Source of the DNA: Stappia stellulata DSM 5886
GTDB taxonomy: Bacteria; Pseudomonadota; Alphaproteobacteria; Rhizobiales; Stappiaceae
Assembly (NCBI RefSeq): GCF_000423705.1
Contig: NZ_AUIM01000004.1
Location: 638,587 to 662,586 of the forward strand
DNA: 24,000 nt
Direction: 5' to 3'
The notes beneath the pieces were generated by a model. That model made no database searches, was not told the origin of the DNA, and saw only the letters and a list, made by a program, of their open reading frames with translations. Positions 23,739 to 24,000 of the stretch are shown here, in pieces. Positions within the stretch are counted from its first letter, which is position 1, and the number at the start of each line of letters is the position of its first letter. Made by a program: the position numbers and the translations under genes.

Positions 23739-24000
23739 ATGTTCGCAGTCGTCGTCACCTTCCGGATCGTGCCGGAAAAAATGCAAACCTTCCTGCCGCT
23801 TATGCTTGAAAACGCCCGTGCTTCGCGGACGAACGAGAAAGGGTGTCATCAGTTCGATGTCGCCACCGACGCTGCACGGCCGGACGAGGTGTTCCTCTAC
23901 GAGTTGTACACGGACAGGGCCGCATTCGATGCCCACCTGGAAAGCGCGCATTTCAGAGCCTTCGACGCCGAAACCTCTTCGATGATCGCCGAAAAGACCG
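23739..24000 (+). CDS. ABM-domain protein (antibiotic biosynthesis monooxygenase / putative quinol monooxygenase, YgiN-like); 3' end outside the window
   Basis: The ATG at 23739 has the SD GGAAAGGAG. MFAVVVTFRIVPEKMQTFLPLMLENARASRTNEKGCHQFDVATDAARPDEVFLYELYTDRAAFDAHLESAHFRAF matches the ABM ferredoxin-like pattern (C..f.v......p..f.l.E.Y.d..A...H..s.Hf). The ORF is absent from the track because it runs off the window. Confidence 0.75.
   Translation, partial: MFAVVVTFRIVPEKMQTFLPLMLENARASRTNEKGCHQFDVATDAARPDEVFLYELYTDRAAFDAHLESAHFRAFDAETSSMIAEKT

Noticed and set aside
1-24000. Search for CRISPR arrays, tRNA/rRNA/tmRNA genes, intact IS elements or integrases, prophage genes, toxin-antitoxin pairs and known defence-system signatures
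   Set aside because: I saw no regularly spaced direct repeats, cloverleaf-like or rRNA-like segments, nuclease/ATPase/methyltransferase or other typical defence-system gene content, or small adjacent gene pairs of TA type. The window is dominated by transport, regulator and catabolic enzyme genes.

Overview
The window is high-GC apart from one AT-rich tract. It reads as an accessory uptake and catabolism region of alphaproteobacterial type; that taxonomic guess is an inference from the protein families and composition. I support 22 protein-coding genes, one transposase remnant and several candidate regulatory or RNA-structure elements.

Layout:
(A) 2-3731: a 5'-truncated choloylglycine-hydrolase-family amidase, glutamate decarboxylase (gadB-like) and a 6-TM membrane protein on the + strand, with a convergent outer-membrane beta-barrel protein.
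(B) 4046-6259 (-): a Tat-signal amidohydrolase followed by a periplasmic META+MliC fusion protein.
(C) 6260-7046: a junction holding a ~190 bp AT-rich tract (~30% GC by hand count) and a frameshifted IS3-family OrfA remnant.
(D) 7047-11765: an Lrp/AsnC regulator divergent from a ~1016-aa tri-domain gene (APH-type kinase + M23 peptidase-like domain + class-III PLP phospho-lyase-type aminotransferase), followed by an orphan AapJ-like amino-acid binding protein.
(E) 11869-17396 (-): a TetR regulator, then a TRAP transporter (dctPQM), a GAF protein and a cytosolic amidohydrolase.
(F) 17397-18354: a ~950 bp gap with no credible ORF, one coding-like patch and several hairpins.
(G) 18355-23596: an isopropylmalate/tartrate-dehydrogenase-family gene and a GntR regulator, divergent from a second TRAP dctPQM operon. 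That operon ends in an untracked 40-codon single-TM ORF.
(H) 23739-24000: a 3'-truncated ABM-domain monooxygenase.

I found no CRISPR array, tRNA or rRNA gene, intact mobile element, phage gene or recognisable defence system. The most unusual objects are the kinase-M23-lyase fusion locus, the small ORF after dctM, the Cys-rich leader ahead of a twin-arginine motif, and the IS/AT-rich junction. All functional assignments rest on motif recognition by eye. No database search was run.
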